From the NCBI GenBank assembly GCA_030704615.1, contig CM060731.1:40796001-40860000 (forward strand): a stretch of 64,000 nt of DNA, in the 5' to 3' direction. The DNA comes from Takakia lepidozioides (lineage: Eukaryota; Plantae; Bryophyta). Both the position numbers and the translations under genes were made by a program. This document shows, one piece after another, positions 36,975-49,632 of this stretch. Numbering within the stretch: the first letter of the stretch is position 1; each line of letters starts with the position of its first letter. Below the pieces are notes generated by a model. It saw only the letters and a program-made list of their open reading frames with translations. It was not told the origin of the DNA and did no database searches.

Positions 36975-38322
36975 TGCCAAGTGCCAGGACCCCTATCTCC
37001 GCTGCCAGTCTACACTTTCTGCTTTTTCTGTTACTTGTTTGCCGTTCGAGTCCCGTCCCTTCTTAATACAGCACTGTTTCTGACTCAACCCACAATTTTC
37101 CTCTTCCCCACAACAGGAAGACAGAGGGCAGACAGTGTACGCCAACAAAATGTGCTAAGTACCATCCTTCATTACACATACATGTCCCACACACACACCT
37201 TTATGACGCTAAGCCTAATCTACTTCCAAGACATTTAGTGCCAGTTGATCTCTCTCTCTCGATAAAGTCTCTTCTTCCAATGTGATCTGCCTTGAGTTCA
37301 ACAATGACGAGGCCTTGATTGTTCAATGCGTTTGCTGGCTTTCTTATGTAGAAGACAGACTATGCATCATGTTGAAGTCAAGGGAGAAAATGTGATCAAA
37401 GGACCTTATGCTGTTTCAAGGCTCCTATCGGGTGCAGCTCCTATTGGTGTGGTGAATCATGCCCCTTAGTCTCACCTCCCCCTTATGTTTTGCCAAAGCA
37501 AGAGAGCCCATTGCCGTTTGAGGCTTGTTTATATGTTTTTATTGTTTGTTATTGACTCAAATATTGACTTACTATTGCTAGCAGTTAGTATGTACCACCA
37601 TATATATATATACCACCAGTGTTGTTCTGGTATACAGGTCGGGGCATGGTGTGGTTCAGGAGACAACGTCAACAGCAGGTAGGCATCTTGTCCTTGGGGG
37701 CACCACCCAATTGAAGGGTGGGCTCCATATATATAGAAAAACAACATAGGGGTAGTATGCCGGCATAGTGACAGCCTGCCCGGTTTCTATCTTGCGTTTG
37801 TTGAGGATGAGTGTGGTGAGGGATCTAATGACGGCAAGGAGGAGAGCAAGGAGGTAAGATATGGTTGATATGTCTGATAGGCCTTTCAGAGTGTAGCTAA
37901 TTTGGCAATGCACCCCGCCATGGGAGCTTGAAGTAATTATAATAAGGGCAATTTGCCAGCCATGTTGTCAACTTAGGGCTAATATAAGTGGGGCGTATTT
38001 GTCACGTTTGTTATGAATAGTTTGATATGAGCAACAGTTGCGACAAAAAGTAAAATCATTTGATATGGATTCTCAGGGATGAAATATTCATATGGTCGGT
38101 AAGTTGGTGGTGGTGAAGAGCGAAGAAATCCTTGCACCAAGAATATATCGGGGCATGTAGGCGTGTTAGGCATTGGAATGGGTAGGTGAGGCAAGTGCAT
38201 GGTAAGAGCCACGAAGGTGTTGTGTGGTTTCAAGGTCTCGGCCATTGATATACATAACGTTGATATTGAGGTTGAACCATCGTATATATGAGGGTATGAG
38301 AGCAAAAATTGGTGGCGCTTAG

Positions 38323-39468
38323 GGAATTCCAAAAAGGCCTTGATGTGAAATGCATTGCAATTCACTTGATCACCCCCCTAAAAGTGCGCAATTCAATTGA
38401 ATTGCAAGGGCAATTCAATTGAACTGCTAAAACTAGCTTGAAAACAACCCTAATTTGCAATTCAATTGAATTTTCGGCACACGATTCAATTGAATTGCTG
38501 ACTACAATTCAATTGAATTGTAATCTATAATTTTTTAACTTATTTCTGTATATATTGTATATATATGTACATATTTAAATTATACATATATGCATACAAA
38601 AGTATAAGCTAAAAATACATGCTGCCCGTCTATTCTTGTTGTCCGTCTGTTAATCCTTTGCCCGTGGTAAGGCTTGAGCCCGAGATAAGCCTAAGGGAGA
38701 GCGAGAAAGGGAGAGACAAAGAGGAAGTCACGAAGCGCTTGTAAAAGCGGGATTGTCCCTCTTTGTTGGTGCCAATATATGGCTATGTACATATACCAAA
38801 CATGATACCAATGTAAGAGTATCAACGTGTAAGAGTTTGATATATTAAACTTATATGGAACACACATCCCAACTTCAACACGATACCTTTGTAAGGGTAT
38901 CAAAACAATATTATTTTTGATAATTCTCAAGATGAACATATCATTTGTTTTCTTTGTCCTAGGCCAGATACTAGTGAATTAGGGGACTACATGATGATGC
39001 AGGGGAAGCCTTTCATCAATTGTCAGGTTTGATTTTGTCTGTTTCTTTCAGAGCCAGCCATGTTTCTTTTGCCAGTGAGTCACAGGAAGCTGCTGATCTC
39101 TCTCCCTCTCTGGCTCTCCCTTTCTCGTTGAGGCTGAGGCTGGCTTCACAACTCCACAATTTCCTCAAGGGCACAAGAAAGAGGTTCAGGAAGAATAGAC
39201 GGGCAACATGTATTTTTAGCTTATACTCTTATATATGTATAAGTATGATTTGAATATATACATATACATACATATTATATATTATATACAGAAATAAGTT
39301 AAAAATTTATAGATTACAATTCAATTCAATTGCAGTCAACAATTCAATTCAATTGCAAATTAGGGTTGTTTTCAAGCTAGTTTTAGCAATTCAATTGAAT
39401 TGCGCACTTTTAGGGGGGTGATCAAGTGAATTGCAATGCATTTCACATCAAGGCCTTTTTGGAATTCC
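38323..39468. mobile_element. Non-autonomous TIR element with ~300-bp terminal inverted repeats (PIF/Harbinger- or foldback-like)
   Basis: 38323-38637 is an inverted match to 39191-39468. Both ends are flanked by ttag. The TIRs contain repeated caattcaattgaattg palindromes. Confidence 0.85.
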
Positions 39469-39937
39469 TTAGGCGCTGCCATACCCTTGGTTATAGTGAT
39501 ATTGAAACCATGTAGTGTGGGTTGCTTACAATGTAGTAGGAGATGTGGCCAAGTGTCTATCTGTGGGGGCTGGATTACAAACATCTCGGGCCAAAATAAG
39601 TTGTGTTATTGGCTGCAACATCGACAATCCTCATCACTTATAGCAAAGTTGCTAATATCATGTGTAGGTGGAGCCCTTATCATCATCATCACTAGTCACA
39701 TTAGTCACATTTGTGATAGTGATGTAGATATTGCTCGTTTTGGGAGTTGTTTGTACTATTGCTTTTTTGTTTACTTTGCCAAATAATGGTTGTAAGTGCA
39801 AGACCTCTATTTAATATGACTTAAAGGGCCTCTATCCCCTTAAAAAAAAATGAAAAAAAAAGAAAAAAAAAAAGTGCAAGTAAGCAATTTGTATTCTCTC
39901 AATGACATGTAATGGATTTCACTTTGCATGGTATTAA

Positions 39938-42240
39938 CCCCTAAAGGACGTCGCGACCCCAATTGGGTCGCGTCAGATTTTTGCCACACTCCAATTTCCA
40001 TGGATGATAGTGCATGGAAGTGAACCCTGAAGATAAATTATAGATGTTAGAGAGGAGCACATGTGGGAATTTACATCGCCAAAAAATGAAAGCTTTGCTC
40101 CCTAGAGTTTTGCAAAGTGCAAGGGGGTCAGGAAATCCAGTGTTAAGCACCATTGACCTGCGTACGTGGCAGCCAAATGGGCAATCTTCAAAATAGCATC
40201 TAGGGCTGAAAATTTATCATAATGCCAAATTTTTTGGACAAGGCACTGTAAAATGTTAGTGTGCACTTACTTACCAGAGGAATTGGAAAATAAATATCAC
40301 CTCATGGGTGTACTTGGGAAAGAAGCCAAAATAAGACAATTTACCCCCCAGATTTCACATACAAAGCAGCCTATCGAAGTTTTTGGAAATTTGGTCTGAT
40401 TTTTGGGGGAGGCAGTCGTTTAGGTGCCATATAATCAGATTATGGAGGGCCTTTGTCTAGGAAGATTCAACTCGATACTTTGAATTTTGTGGTCAAACAA
40501 TGTTTTCCATGATATTTTTGAGTACATTTACAAATTGGGGCATATTATTTTGTAATAATCTCCCAAATGCAATGGTCAATTTGCCTACATTTTTAATAGG
40601 ACGTGGATGTAGTAGATATGCACATAAGTATAAGGTTCATCCTCATGGATGATTTGGGGGTAAGAAGTTACACCCTCATCCGTAAGTGTATGAACTCTTT
40701 TTAGTGGGCCCACCAAAAAATAGCTCGTCCTGTAAGGTTAACCCCTAATGGACGATGCGTGTCAGAAATCAGAAATCGATTTGCCACGATGGCAAACCCT
40801 TGGACGACCTCGGATGAAAAAACTTTCTGAATGAAAGTTGTACGCCGTGACGGCATGCACCTGCCTGTCTTTATGGCACCCTAAAATAATAAAAGCACTA
40901 ATGTCAATAATTGTTTTAGTGTGCAGTGGTAATGGGCACATACCACCTTCGAAGTGGTTGTGGGTTCAATCCACCCTTGGTGTCACAAAGGTGTCCACCT
41001 TCCTAACGGAAGGCAGTAACCCTTTGGGGTGAAGAGACACCATAATTTAACCTTCCTTCGGGAGGCGTCAAATATTATTATTATGGGTGGTTGTACCAAT
41101 GAAAATTCATTTTGCATGTAGATGGGTTAGAAAATTCATCTATGCATGTAGATAGGTTAGAATGCTTTCAAATTTTTTGTGGTAGTGAGTTTCTAGGAAA
41201 GGAACAATATGATTGGAGGAATTCACCTTGTGATGAAAATTTGGACACATTTGAGGCAGATTTGGGGTCAATTGGAATGGATGGTCTTTTTGACCCACCA
41301 ATTTTCCCATACAAAGCAACCCTCATGTGGTTTTGGAATTTGGTTCTGGAATTTTGGCCCAAGGTGCTGTACATGCCAGGCAATTAGAATCTGGGTATGC
41401 TGTATCAATGAAAATTCATTTTGCCAGGCCAATTGGGTCAAACCATTTTTTCACTCCAAAACTAGAGCACAGTAAACATTTACAGCTTGCATTTTTGTTA
41501 TAATCTTCGTAATGACACGACCAAATCAACTGAAAATTTTACAGTAGTTTCCTGAAGTAGGTAGCATTACTTTCATACGGTTCAGCCCCCTGGATGTTTG
41601 TCAAATGTCAGATATGCCCTCAAACATGAGGGCATGTTCCATTTTGGAATGGGCCCACCAAAAACGGGCTCGTCCTTTAGGGGTTAACCCCTAAACGACG
41701 ACGTCTTCTGCCACGATCCAGCTTTTGTGGATGGAACTGATTCGTGAAGGTAAAACGAGCAGGTTAGGGAGAAGCACACATAGGAATTTATCGCGCCCTA
41801 AATAATAAAAACTCTGCTCCCTAGAATTTCTCAAAGTGCCAGGGGTCTGAAAATCCAGCGTTGATGCGCACGTTGGGGCCAAGTGAGCAATCTTGAAAAT
41901 AACTTACCAAAGGAATTAGAAAACAAATATGACCACATGGGTGTACTTGGGAAAGAAGCCAAACCCATGGGAGATTTTCTCGAGCCGCGAGCTTTGCCGC
42001 CATCGCAGCTGCACTACAATTTACCCCCCAAGTTTCACATACAAAGCAGCCTATCCCAATTTTTGAAATTTTGGTCTACTTTTTGGGGGAGAGAGTCCCC
42101 TGGGTGCCATATAATCAGATTAAGGAAGGCATCTGCCTCAGAAAATTCAACTTGACGCTTGAATTTAGTGGTCAAACCATTTTTTCCATGCAACCTTAAA
42201 ATATACTAACAAAATGGGGCAGATTATTGTGTTATAATCT
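39938..42240. mobile_element. Three tandem non-autonomous piggyBac-like elements joined by TTAA
   Basis: TTAA(39934)-CCCCTAAAGGACG...CGTCCTGTAAGG-TTAA(40738)-CCCCTAATGGACG...CGTCCTTTAGGGG-TTAA(41684)-CCCCTAAACGACG... Units 1 and 3 are homologous internally; unit 3 is truncated. Confidence 0.78.
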
Positions 42241-42363
42241 AGGTGACATTGTGTAACTTAGGGAGATTACATCGAGCGAATCTTTGTTGTCATTGCGATT
42301 TTATGTTGTCGTGGTGATTATATAGGAGAGGGATGGGCTTTGAAGACATGCCTCTATGAACCT

Positions 42364-42818
42364 TAAAACAAGCCTGAAACATATACTCCTTTCCTCTCAA
42401 GAAGCAAGGTTGCACAACAAAGGGGCGAGCGGAAAGAGCAAGCAACGCGCGAGAGGAGAAACACACGGATCTGACACAAAGCAGCTCTCATCCAAAGCTT
42501 GTACACCAAAATCACATATACACTAACACCCGAGTACACCGCCCTGACCTTGTGTCAGGGCGCCGTCTTTATACAAAAGCCCTAGCTTTAGTGGCCCGCC
42601 GCATGGCGAGGCGTCACAAGCCAAAGCCCACGGCGCCGCCTTGTAGCCCTGGATCTGATGAAGGGCCAGGATTGAGGCACCAGCCAAAATTAACCCTAAC
42701 CTAGATATCATTGTAACGGTTTAACGGCTTTATACGCCAAAAAAATATACTATGGATGTGTATCGCCGTTTTGGATGAAACGGGCCATTTCTAGGCTAAG
42801 CAAATATGGGGCTTTACA
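42364..42818 (-). repeat. LTR-like direct repeat, copy 1
   Basis: About 95% identical by eye to 56553-57011. Reads TGTAAAGCCCC at its minus-strand start and is preceded on the minus strand by a G-rich tract. Confidence 0.8.
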
Positions 42819-45800
42819 TCTGTGAAGCCTACCCCCCACGAAAAATCCTGAGCTCCGCGAAGGAAAAAAAGACTCTTAAAACATAAGGGTAGATGTCAAG
42901 TTTCTGTCACCTGTCCAGCAACCGTCGGTGGTCTACTGATGCATCATTCATTGTGGGAATAACTCCATTCATCCTTGGGATATGCTACAGAGTGCATCAC
43001 ACACATCTCAACAGTTTCAACAATCATCAAAATCACGGTCACAATCATCCTGTTGTTGAAACCAACCCTATCGTTTCTAACTCTGCCGAGATTCTTGTTG
43101 TTGCTAACACGGCCGACGGCGCGCGGCCTGGCAGTGTTGCTTGCCAGTGTCGCCTCTCCTTGAAACAACCACTTGTGTTCCAGCCTTTGTTGTTTCATTG
43201 GGTTCTCCTGGTGGTAGTGATTATGACAATTTAGATGAGGCAGAGGCGTGGTGCTAATGTGTGTAGACTACTTTGTATCCTCCGTCGCCAAGGTTTGAGA
43301 AATTTGACAGTTCTCTAGATGGTTGTGACCCGGAATACTATAATTTTGACAACTTTGTTGATCCGGGCCCTGAATATTTCGAGAGTAGGCAGCAAGCAGC
43401 AGAGTTAGAGAGGGATATCGAGTTGTCGCAGGAAGTAGATGATTTGTTGTGTGAGATATGTGACGAGGATCAGTTTTGGTTTGAGTATATAGAAAGAGCT
43501 GTCGTGGGTGACCTTGTTGCATTAACGAGTCATCACGAGGCCCTGTTCACGCGACCTTTGCTTGAGCCTGGTGCGGTAGTGTCCAGAGCCAGATAGCTTG
43601 CTAGACGAAAATTTGAGTTACACAACAAAGAACGTCTACCGTCCAGAACGATCAAGTCGCGTTTTCTGCACCATCGCGAATTGACCTAGTTAGAAGTTGG
43701 TTTGTATTTACCTCTTTCTAGTGTTTGAAGTGCGGAGCTTCATCATGGCCCTAGTGTGGTAGGGCGAAGTTGGTTGTCGTTAATGTTAGAAGGCACGGGG
43801 GCTTTGATCTTGAGGGCACTACGGTTTCAGCTCCGGCCCTGCGCCTTGGCGCCTACTTATTCACAGTTGGTTGATGGTCTGAAGGGTGGGGCCTTGATAG
43901 TGCAGTCGTCTGATCTAGTAGTCTTGGGTGTGGGTACTACCTTTGCTTCACAGCGAGTGGTTCGCCCGAGAGCGTTTGAGAGATTGAGTGACTATTCAAA
44001 CTCGGCTGTGCTTTCGCACATATGGAGAGAGGGTGACACAACCCGCGTTGGTTTTTGGCTTAAGGGAGCTGACGGTTGGGAGTGGCTGGCGTTGGGGGTC
44101 TACGAGTGGCAATCACACAAGGTGCTGAGGGTGGTATATTGTTCCACTTGGGTTCCAGAGGACAGCTCGCCAAGTGCTCGGCCCACTCTCCATATCCCTG
44201 CTGCTTAAAGGTTATGCTGCCAATCCAACTTCGTTTCATGCATGCTAGGTGATTCTAGAACTACTTGGTTGAGATCCGGAAGACAGAGGTCCATGAATAG
44301 GTCAGGAGAGCCGCTGGCCGAAAGTGTAGTAGAAATGAATGAGGGATCGGACAACCTGCAGGCAGGTAATTTCATGGTGAGTGATGATGAATTTTTGAAT
44401 GCTGGGACGATGGGAGCAGTTGTAGGGTCCCCAACTGGTATTACATTGGTAGATGAGGGTTCTGGGATAGCCAACCTCGAGGGTCTTTCTGTTTATGATC
44501 GGAGTAATGAGGCCTTGGTGGCTGGACGAACCGAGCCTACGCTGGCTCGGGAATTAAACGGTTTGCCCTCCCATCCTATTCATGTTCAGGGGTTAGACGG
44601 GTCTGGTTCGGATGTTTGGGCTACTATGAACGGTATGCCGGCCCTAGTAACGAGTCTGATGCATGTGCATGTGATTAGCCTCCCTAATCCCACTCTCGGG
44701 GGAGGGACTAGCTCTTTGAATTCAAGTTTGCATCCGAGTGTTGTCCCTTTGTTGAATGTCTCCAGTCTTGCTGCGGGTGGGGGGGGCAGTAGCATCAGTG
44801 CCCTCCACCTCGTCTGTTGGTCATGCAAGTCGTGTGGGAACTCTTCCTGTTCAACAGATGGGGGGATTTCCACGGACTGCAGCTAATCAGGTTATGGGTA
44901 CACATGCTAGCAATGTCAATACAGTCCCTGTTCACTAGAAGAGAAACCGGCTTTTTCCACGGCTTTTTCCACACTTTTTGTTGTGGAATCGGCCGCAATC
45001 CACACCTGTCGTGGGTGTAAGAAACGACTAGTGCTTCCGAACACCCCGTGGACGGCCTGGCTCCGGGTGGCCCTGTGGAAAAGTCCACGGATATCCACAG
45101 GTGGCTTTTTTCACGGGGTGAATGGCTTTTTCCACGGGCGACGTGTGCTTTGGCAAACACCGCCACGTGGATCCTAGTCGTACAAGGGGTGTGGACTTGT
45201 CCACACCTACGGGAAAATTATGTGACCGCCTGTCACCATGGCTTGACGACATCTGGGCAACGGTATGGGCACCACGTGTATTTTTGTCAGGGCAACACGT
45301 GGCGTATTTTGGAGCAACTCTTGGTGTGGGTGTGGAGTATTTACTGCCTATACTGTAGGTCATTCCACATAACTGTGGAGAAAGACCATAGCGGGTGTGA
45401 AATATACTACGGCCTATGTTGTACGACATTCCACATAAATGTGGAGGATACCACAGTTCACCGTAGGTTGCTTGTGGTCAGTATCACGATCTAAAGACAC
45501 CTAAACACAATTCCAAAGCATCACGGCAACAACCTGCTCATGACATGAAGAACTGACTAAGCATGGCCAGAACAACAGATAGAATGAGCAGATGCAACGA
45601 TAATTCAAAATTACATAAGTGCTTCATTGCCCAAATACACTTCAGTCTGACATCAAAGAGTATGAGTCTGAGTCTGAGTCTGAGATCAAAGATCTGAGTC
45701 TGAGTCTGAGGCAGAGGCCAGGCTGCGCAATGCAGCCCAGCACAGAGGTTTAGCCTAAAGCTCCAAAAAACGACATTTGTTTGTTTTCCAAGTTCCTGCA

Positions 45801-45899
45801 TAAGATGCACCAACCAACATTGCATTGTGAGACACTCACTATACTCCAAAGCTACCAGGGAAGGTCACTGAGCAACCTGCCAAGGCAAAAACACCTGAG

Positions 45900-47040
45900 T
45901 CTGGACCCACACTATATCCTTGCTCCTTCAGCTATCCATGCCTCTACACAAATCAAGCATACATCCTTGCCTTGCTGCTAGCAGTTGACGATGACAGCCT
46001 AGATTTGTTCTAGGAAACACCCAACTCAACTTATCACACTAGTTCATATGCTCAATTGCATCTGCTATTCTCTATAATCCAACAAGCATTCACCTTCTTG
46101 CCTCGATTGTCCCACCATTGACTGGGGTCAGAAAAGTATTCATTCCACAGTTTGTCCTCGTCTCTGTTACCTGTTTCTGGATACTTTCCTGTTGTCTCAT
46201 CGGCAATATCATGTCAAAGTCACTCCAAACTAGATTCATTCAACCAGGTAACTTGCAGAATTCAACATGGAAAGTTAGGGCCGATTCTAATAAGAGGGAA
46301 AAACAGGGTGAGATGTGCTGAAGAAGATGCTTTTATTAGCAGTGCCTGATTATATCAATTGTGCCGCTGCTGCCAGTTGACCATCTACCCATGCAGGTTT
46401 CTGGTAGCTATTGATCCACAGGGAATCACAGGTAATGTGGAGCTTGAAATCTGGCCCTCTTAGATGAATCTAGACCCACACTCTATTCCTGCTCCTCCAT
46501 GCCTCTACACAAATCATGCATTCACCCTTTCCATGCCGCTAGCAACTGACAATGAAAGCCTAGAATTGTTCTAGGAAACACCCAACTCAACTTATCACAC
46601 TAGTTCCTATGCTCAATTGCATTTGCTACTCTCTGTAATCCAACATGCATTTACCTTTTGCCTCGATTGTCCCACCATTGACTGGAGTCAGAAAAGTATT
46701 CATTCCACAGCTCCTGGTCTCTTTGTCTCTGTTACTTGTTTCTGGATACTTTCCTGTTGTCACATTAGCAATATCAGTCAGTCACTCCAAACTATCAAAG
46801 GTTCACTCAACCAGCTAACTTGCAGAATTCAACATGAAAATTCAAGGCCGATTTTGATAAGAGGGAAAAACAAGGTGAAATGTGTTGAAGAAGGTGCATC
46901 ATTAGCAGTGCCTGAATTTATCAATTGTGTTGTTGCTGCTGCAGCTTCCAGTTGACCATCTACCCATGTAGGTTGTTAGTAGCTATTGATTCACAGGGAA
47001 TCATAAGTAATCTTGTGCCTGAAATCTGGCCATACTCTAT
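45900..47040 (-). repeat. ~570-bp tandem duplication containing the PPR-gene 5' leader module
   Basis: 45901-46470 aligns with 46471-47040. Both contain cagttgaccatctacccatg...gtagcta, homologous to 3725-3765 of the intact PPR gene. Confidence 0.8.
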
Positions 47041-47079
47041 CCCTCCGCTTCTTTTTTCCCACACATATGCAGCCATCAC

Positions 47080-48810
47080 AGCCTCCAAACTGTCGATGGT
47101 ACCCTTTGCCCATCATTTGCTCATAGGTATCCAAAGCCTCCATCCCGTGACCCTGCTGGGCATATAATCCTGCGATCATCACGTTCCATGATACCACATC
47201 TTGTGTAGCCATCTTATCAAACACTGCCTTTGCATCCTCGATGGACCCACATTTTTAAAAGTCCACGAGGGTATTGTTCAGAATCACATCTGGTACAATT
47301 CCAGCTTTGGCGATGTCACCATGCACCTCTTTGCCCTTTTCCAGGGTTGCTAGGCTTGCACAAGCATTGCGAATGCACACAAAACGTGATGTGATTGCAC
47401 TTCACCCCTTCCCCTATCAATTGCTCATACGTCTCCAAGGCCTCTATCCCGCGCCTTTGCTGTGCATACCCTGCAAGCATCGTGTTCCACGACACCACAT
47501 CACGTTTAGCCATAGTGTTGAACAATCCCTTCGCATCCTCAATGCTCCCACATTTGGCATACATGTCCACCAGGGCAGAGTTCAGAATGACATTGGGTAC
47601 AATTCCAACTTTGACAATGTCACCATGGACCTCTTTGCCCTTATCCAGGGCTGCCAGGCTTGCAAACGCACACAAATGTGACGTGGTTGGGCTTCACCCC
47701 TTTGCAGATCATTTGCTCATATGTCTCCAAAGCCTCCATCCCGCGCCCTTGCTGTGCATATCCTGCAATCATCGCACTCCACAACACCACATCTCGTTCA
47801 GCCATATTGTCAAACACTCCCTTTGCATGCTCGATGCTCCCACATTTGACATACATGTCCACCAGGGTATTGTTCAGGATCACATCTGGTACGATTCTGA
47901 CGATGTCGCCATGCACCTCTTTGCCCTTTTGCAGGGCTGTCAGGCTTGTATACGCACTACAAACGCACACAAACGTGATGTGGTTGGGCTTCACCCCTTC
48001 CCCCATCATTTGCTCATAGGTCTCCAAAGCCTCCATCCCGCGCCCCTGCTGTGCATAGCCTGCGAGCATCGCACTCCACGACACCACATTTCGTTCAGCC
48101 ATATTGTCGAACACTCCCTTTGCATGCTCGATGCACCCACATTTGGCATACATGTCCAACGGGGCAGTATTCAGGATGACATCTGGTAGGATTCCAGCTC
48201 TCACGATGTCGCCATGCACCTCTTTGCCTTTTTCCAGGGCTGCCAGGCTTGCACACGCACTGCAAACGCTCACAAACGTGATGTGGTTGGGCTTCATCGC
48301 TTCCCCAATCATTTGCTCATAGATCTCCAAAGCATTCCTACCACACCCATGCTTGGTAAATCCTGCCAACATTATATTCCACGTGATCAAAGATCATTGA
48401 GGCATTCTGTTGAACACTTGGTGAGCATCCATGATGCTCCACACTTAACATACATGTTGACAAGGGTGTTGAGGAGAAAAACATTTGGCGTGAATCCACT
48501 TTGGCTAATGTGAGTGTGCACCTGTTTTCCAACTTCCAGGCCTTTCACCTTGATGCACTTATGCAAGAGACAGACATGCGTTTCTGAATCTGCTGAAATG
48601 CCTCCTTGGTTTAAAGTCTGTAGAGCCTCTTTTAGTCTGCGTGCCTCACAAGGCACCTTCACATGCCCAGAAGTGCCAGAAGAGGCATTGTGGACTCCCT
48701 CTCTTGATCCTCTTCCAGAAGCTGTGGTCTTGGTTGAGGTGCCTGATTTTATCAACTGTGACGTTGCAGCTGCTGCCTTTAGTTGACCATCTACCCACGC
48801 AAGTTTCTTG
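47080..48810 (-). pseudogene. Frameshifted PLS-type PPR pseudogene (leader + about 5 PLS triplets, no E/DYW)
   Basis: ORF pieces 48387-48755, 47641-48390, 47316-47675 and 46991-47224 carry ACASLAALEKGKEVHGDI / DMYAKCG / VVSWSAMLAGYAQ motifs, linked by frameshifts. Confidence 0.9.
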
Positions 48811-48929
48811 TAGCAATTGATCCTAGCTAGTGCCTTGTTCTATCAATGTGTTGCTGCCTCTGCTGTTTCCAGTTGACCATCTACCCACTTATAGCCGCTG
48901 TGCTATTGAAGAAGGTGGCCCCTTTCCCC

Positions 48930-49523
48930 CATTTTCCAGAGGTCCCAGGCTTGCACACGCTTTTGCAAACACAAACACCCACCCGTGGTAAATCCTTCCA
49001 GCATTGTATTCCATGAGATCAAAGATCGTTGAGGCATTCTGTTGAAAACTTGGTGAGCATTCATGATGCTCCCGCACTTAACATACAGGTTGACAAGGGT
49101 GTTGAGGAGAAAAACATTTGGCGTGAGTCCACTTTGGATCATAATGTGAGTGTGCACCTGCTTTCCAACTTCCAGACCTTTCATCTTGATGCACTTAAGC
49201 AAAAGACAGACATACTTATCTAAATCTGCTGAAATTCCTCATTGTTTTAAAGTTTGTAGAGCCTCATTCATTTTGCCTGCCTCGCAAAGCATCTTGACAT
49301 GCCCAGAAGTGCCAGAAGAGGCATTGTGGACTCCCTCTCTTGATCCTCTTCCAGAAGCTGTGGTCATGGTTGAGGTGCCTGATTTGATCATTTGTGCCGC
49401 TGCTGCCGCGGCTTCCAATTGACCATCTACCCATGCAGGTTTCTTGTAGCTATCCTTCCACAGGGAATCATAGGTGATCTGGAGCTTGAAATCCGGCCTG
49501 CTTCGATGAATCTCAACCCACAC
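48930..49523 (-). pseudogene. Truncated 5' duplicate of the PPR pseudogene
   Basis: DSYKKPAWVDGQLEAA...GTSTMTTASGRGSREG...KGLEVGKQVHTHI...LYVKCGS; near-duplicate of 48350-48810. Confidence 0.85.
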
Positions 49524-49632
49524 TCTATCCTTGCTCCTTCATTCCAGAGCTTCTCCTAGTTTTTGTTATCAGTTTTCAATACTTTCCTATTGCCACATAG
49601 GCAGTAACATGTCAAAATCACTTCAAAACCCC

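Noticed and set aside
42894-43228. TGTCA...TGACA segment as the 5' LTR of the plus-strand Gypsy
   Set aside because: No matching 3' copy at about 55112, and no TSD or clear PBS.
43273-44886. Acidic and low-complexity ORFs as separate host genes
   Set aside because: No recognisable domain. The last one reads through the CACTA insertion site into the gag-proximal ORF, so these are probably retroelement sequence.
47274-48786. Plus-strand ORFs up to 264 aa (similar ones at 1620-3350)
   Set aside because: Antisense shadows of PPR repeats.
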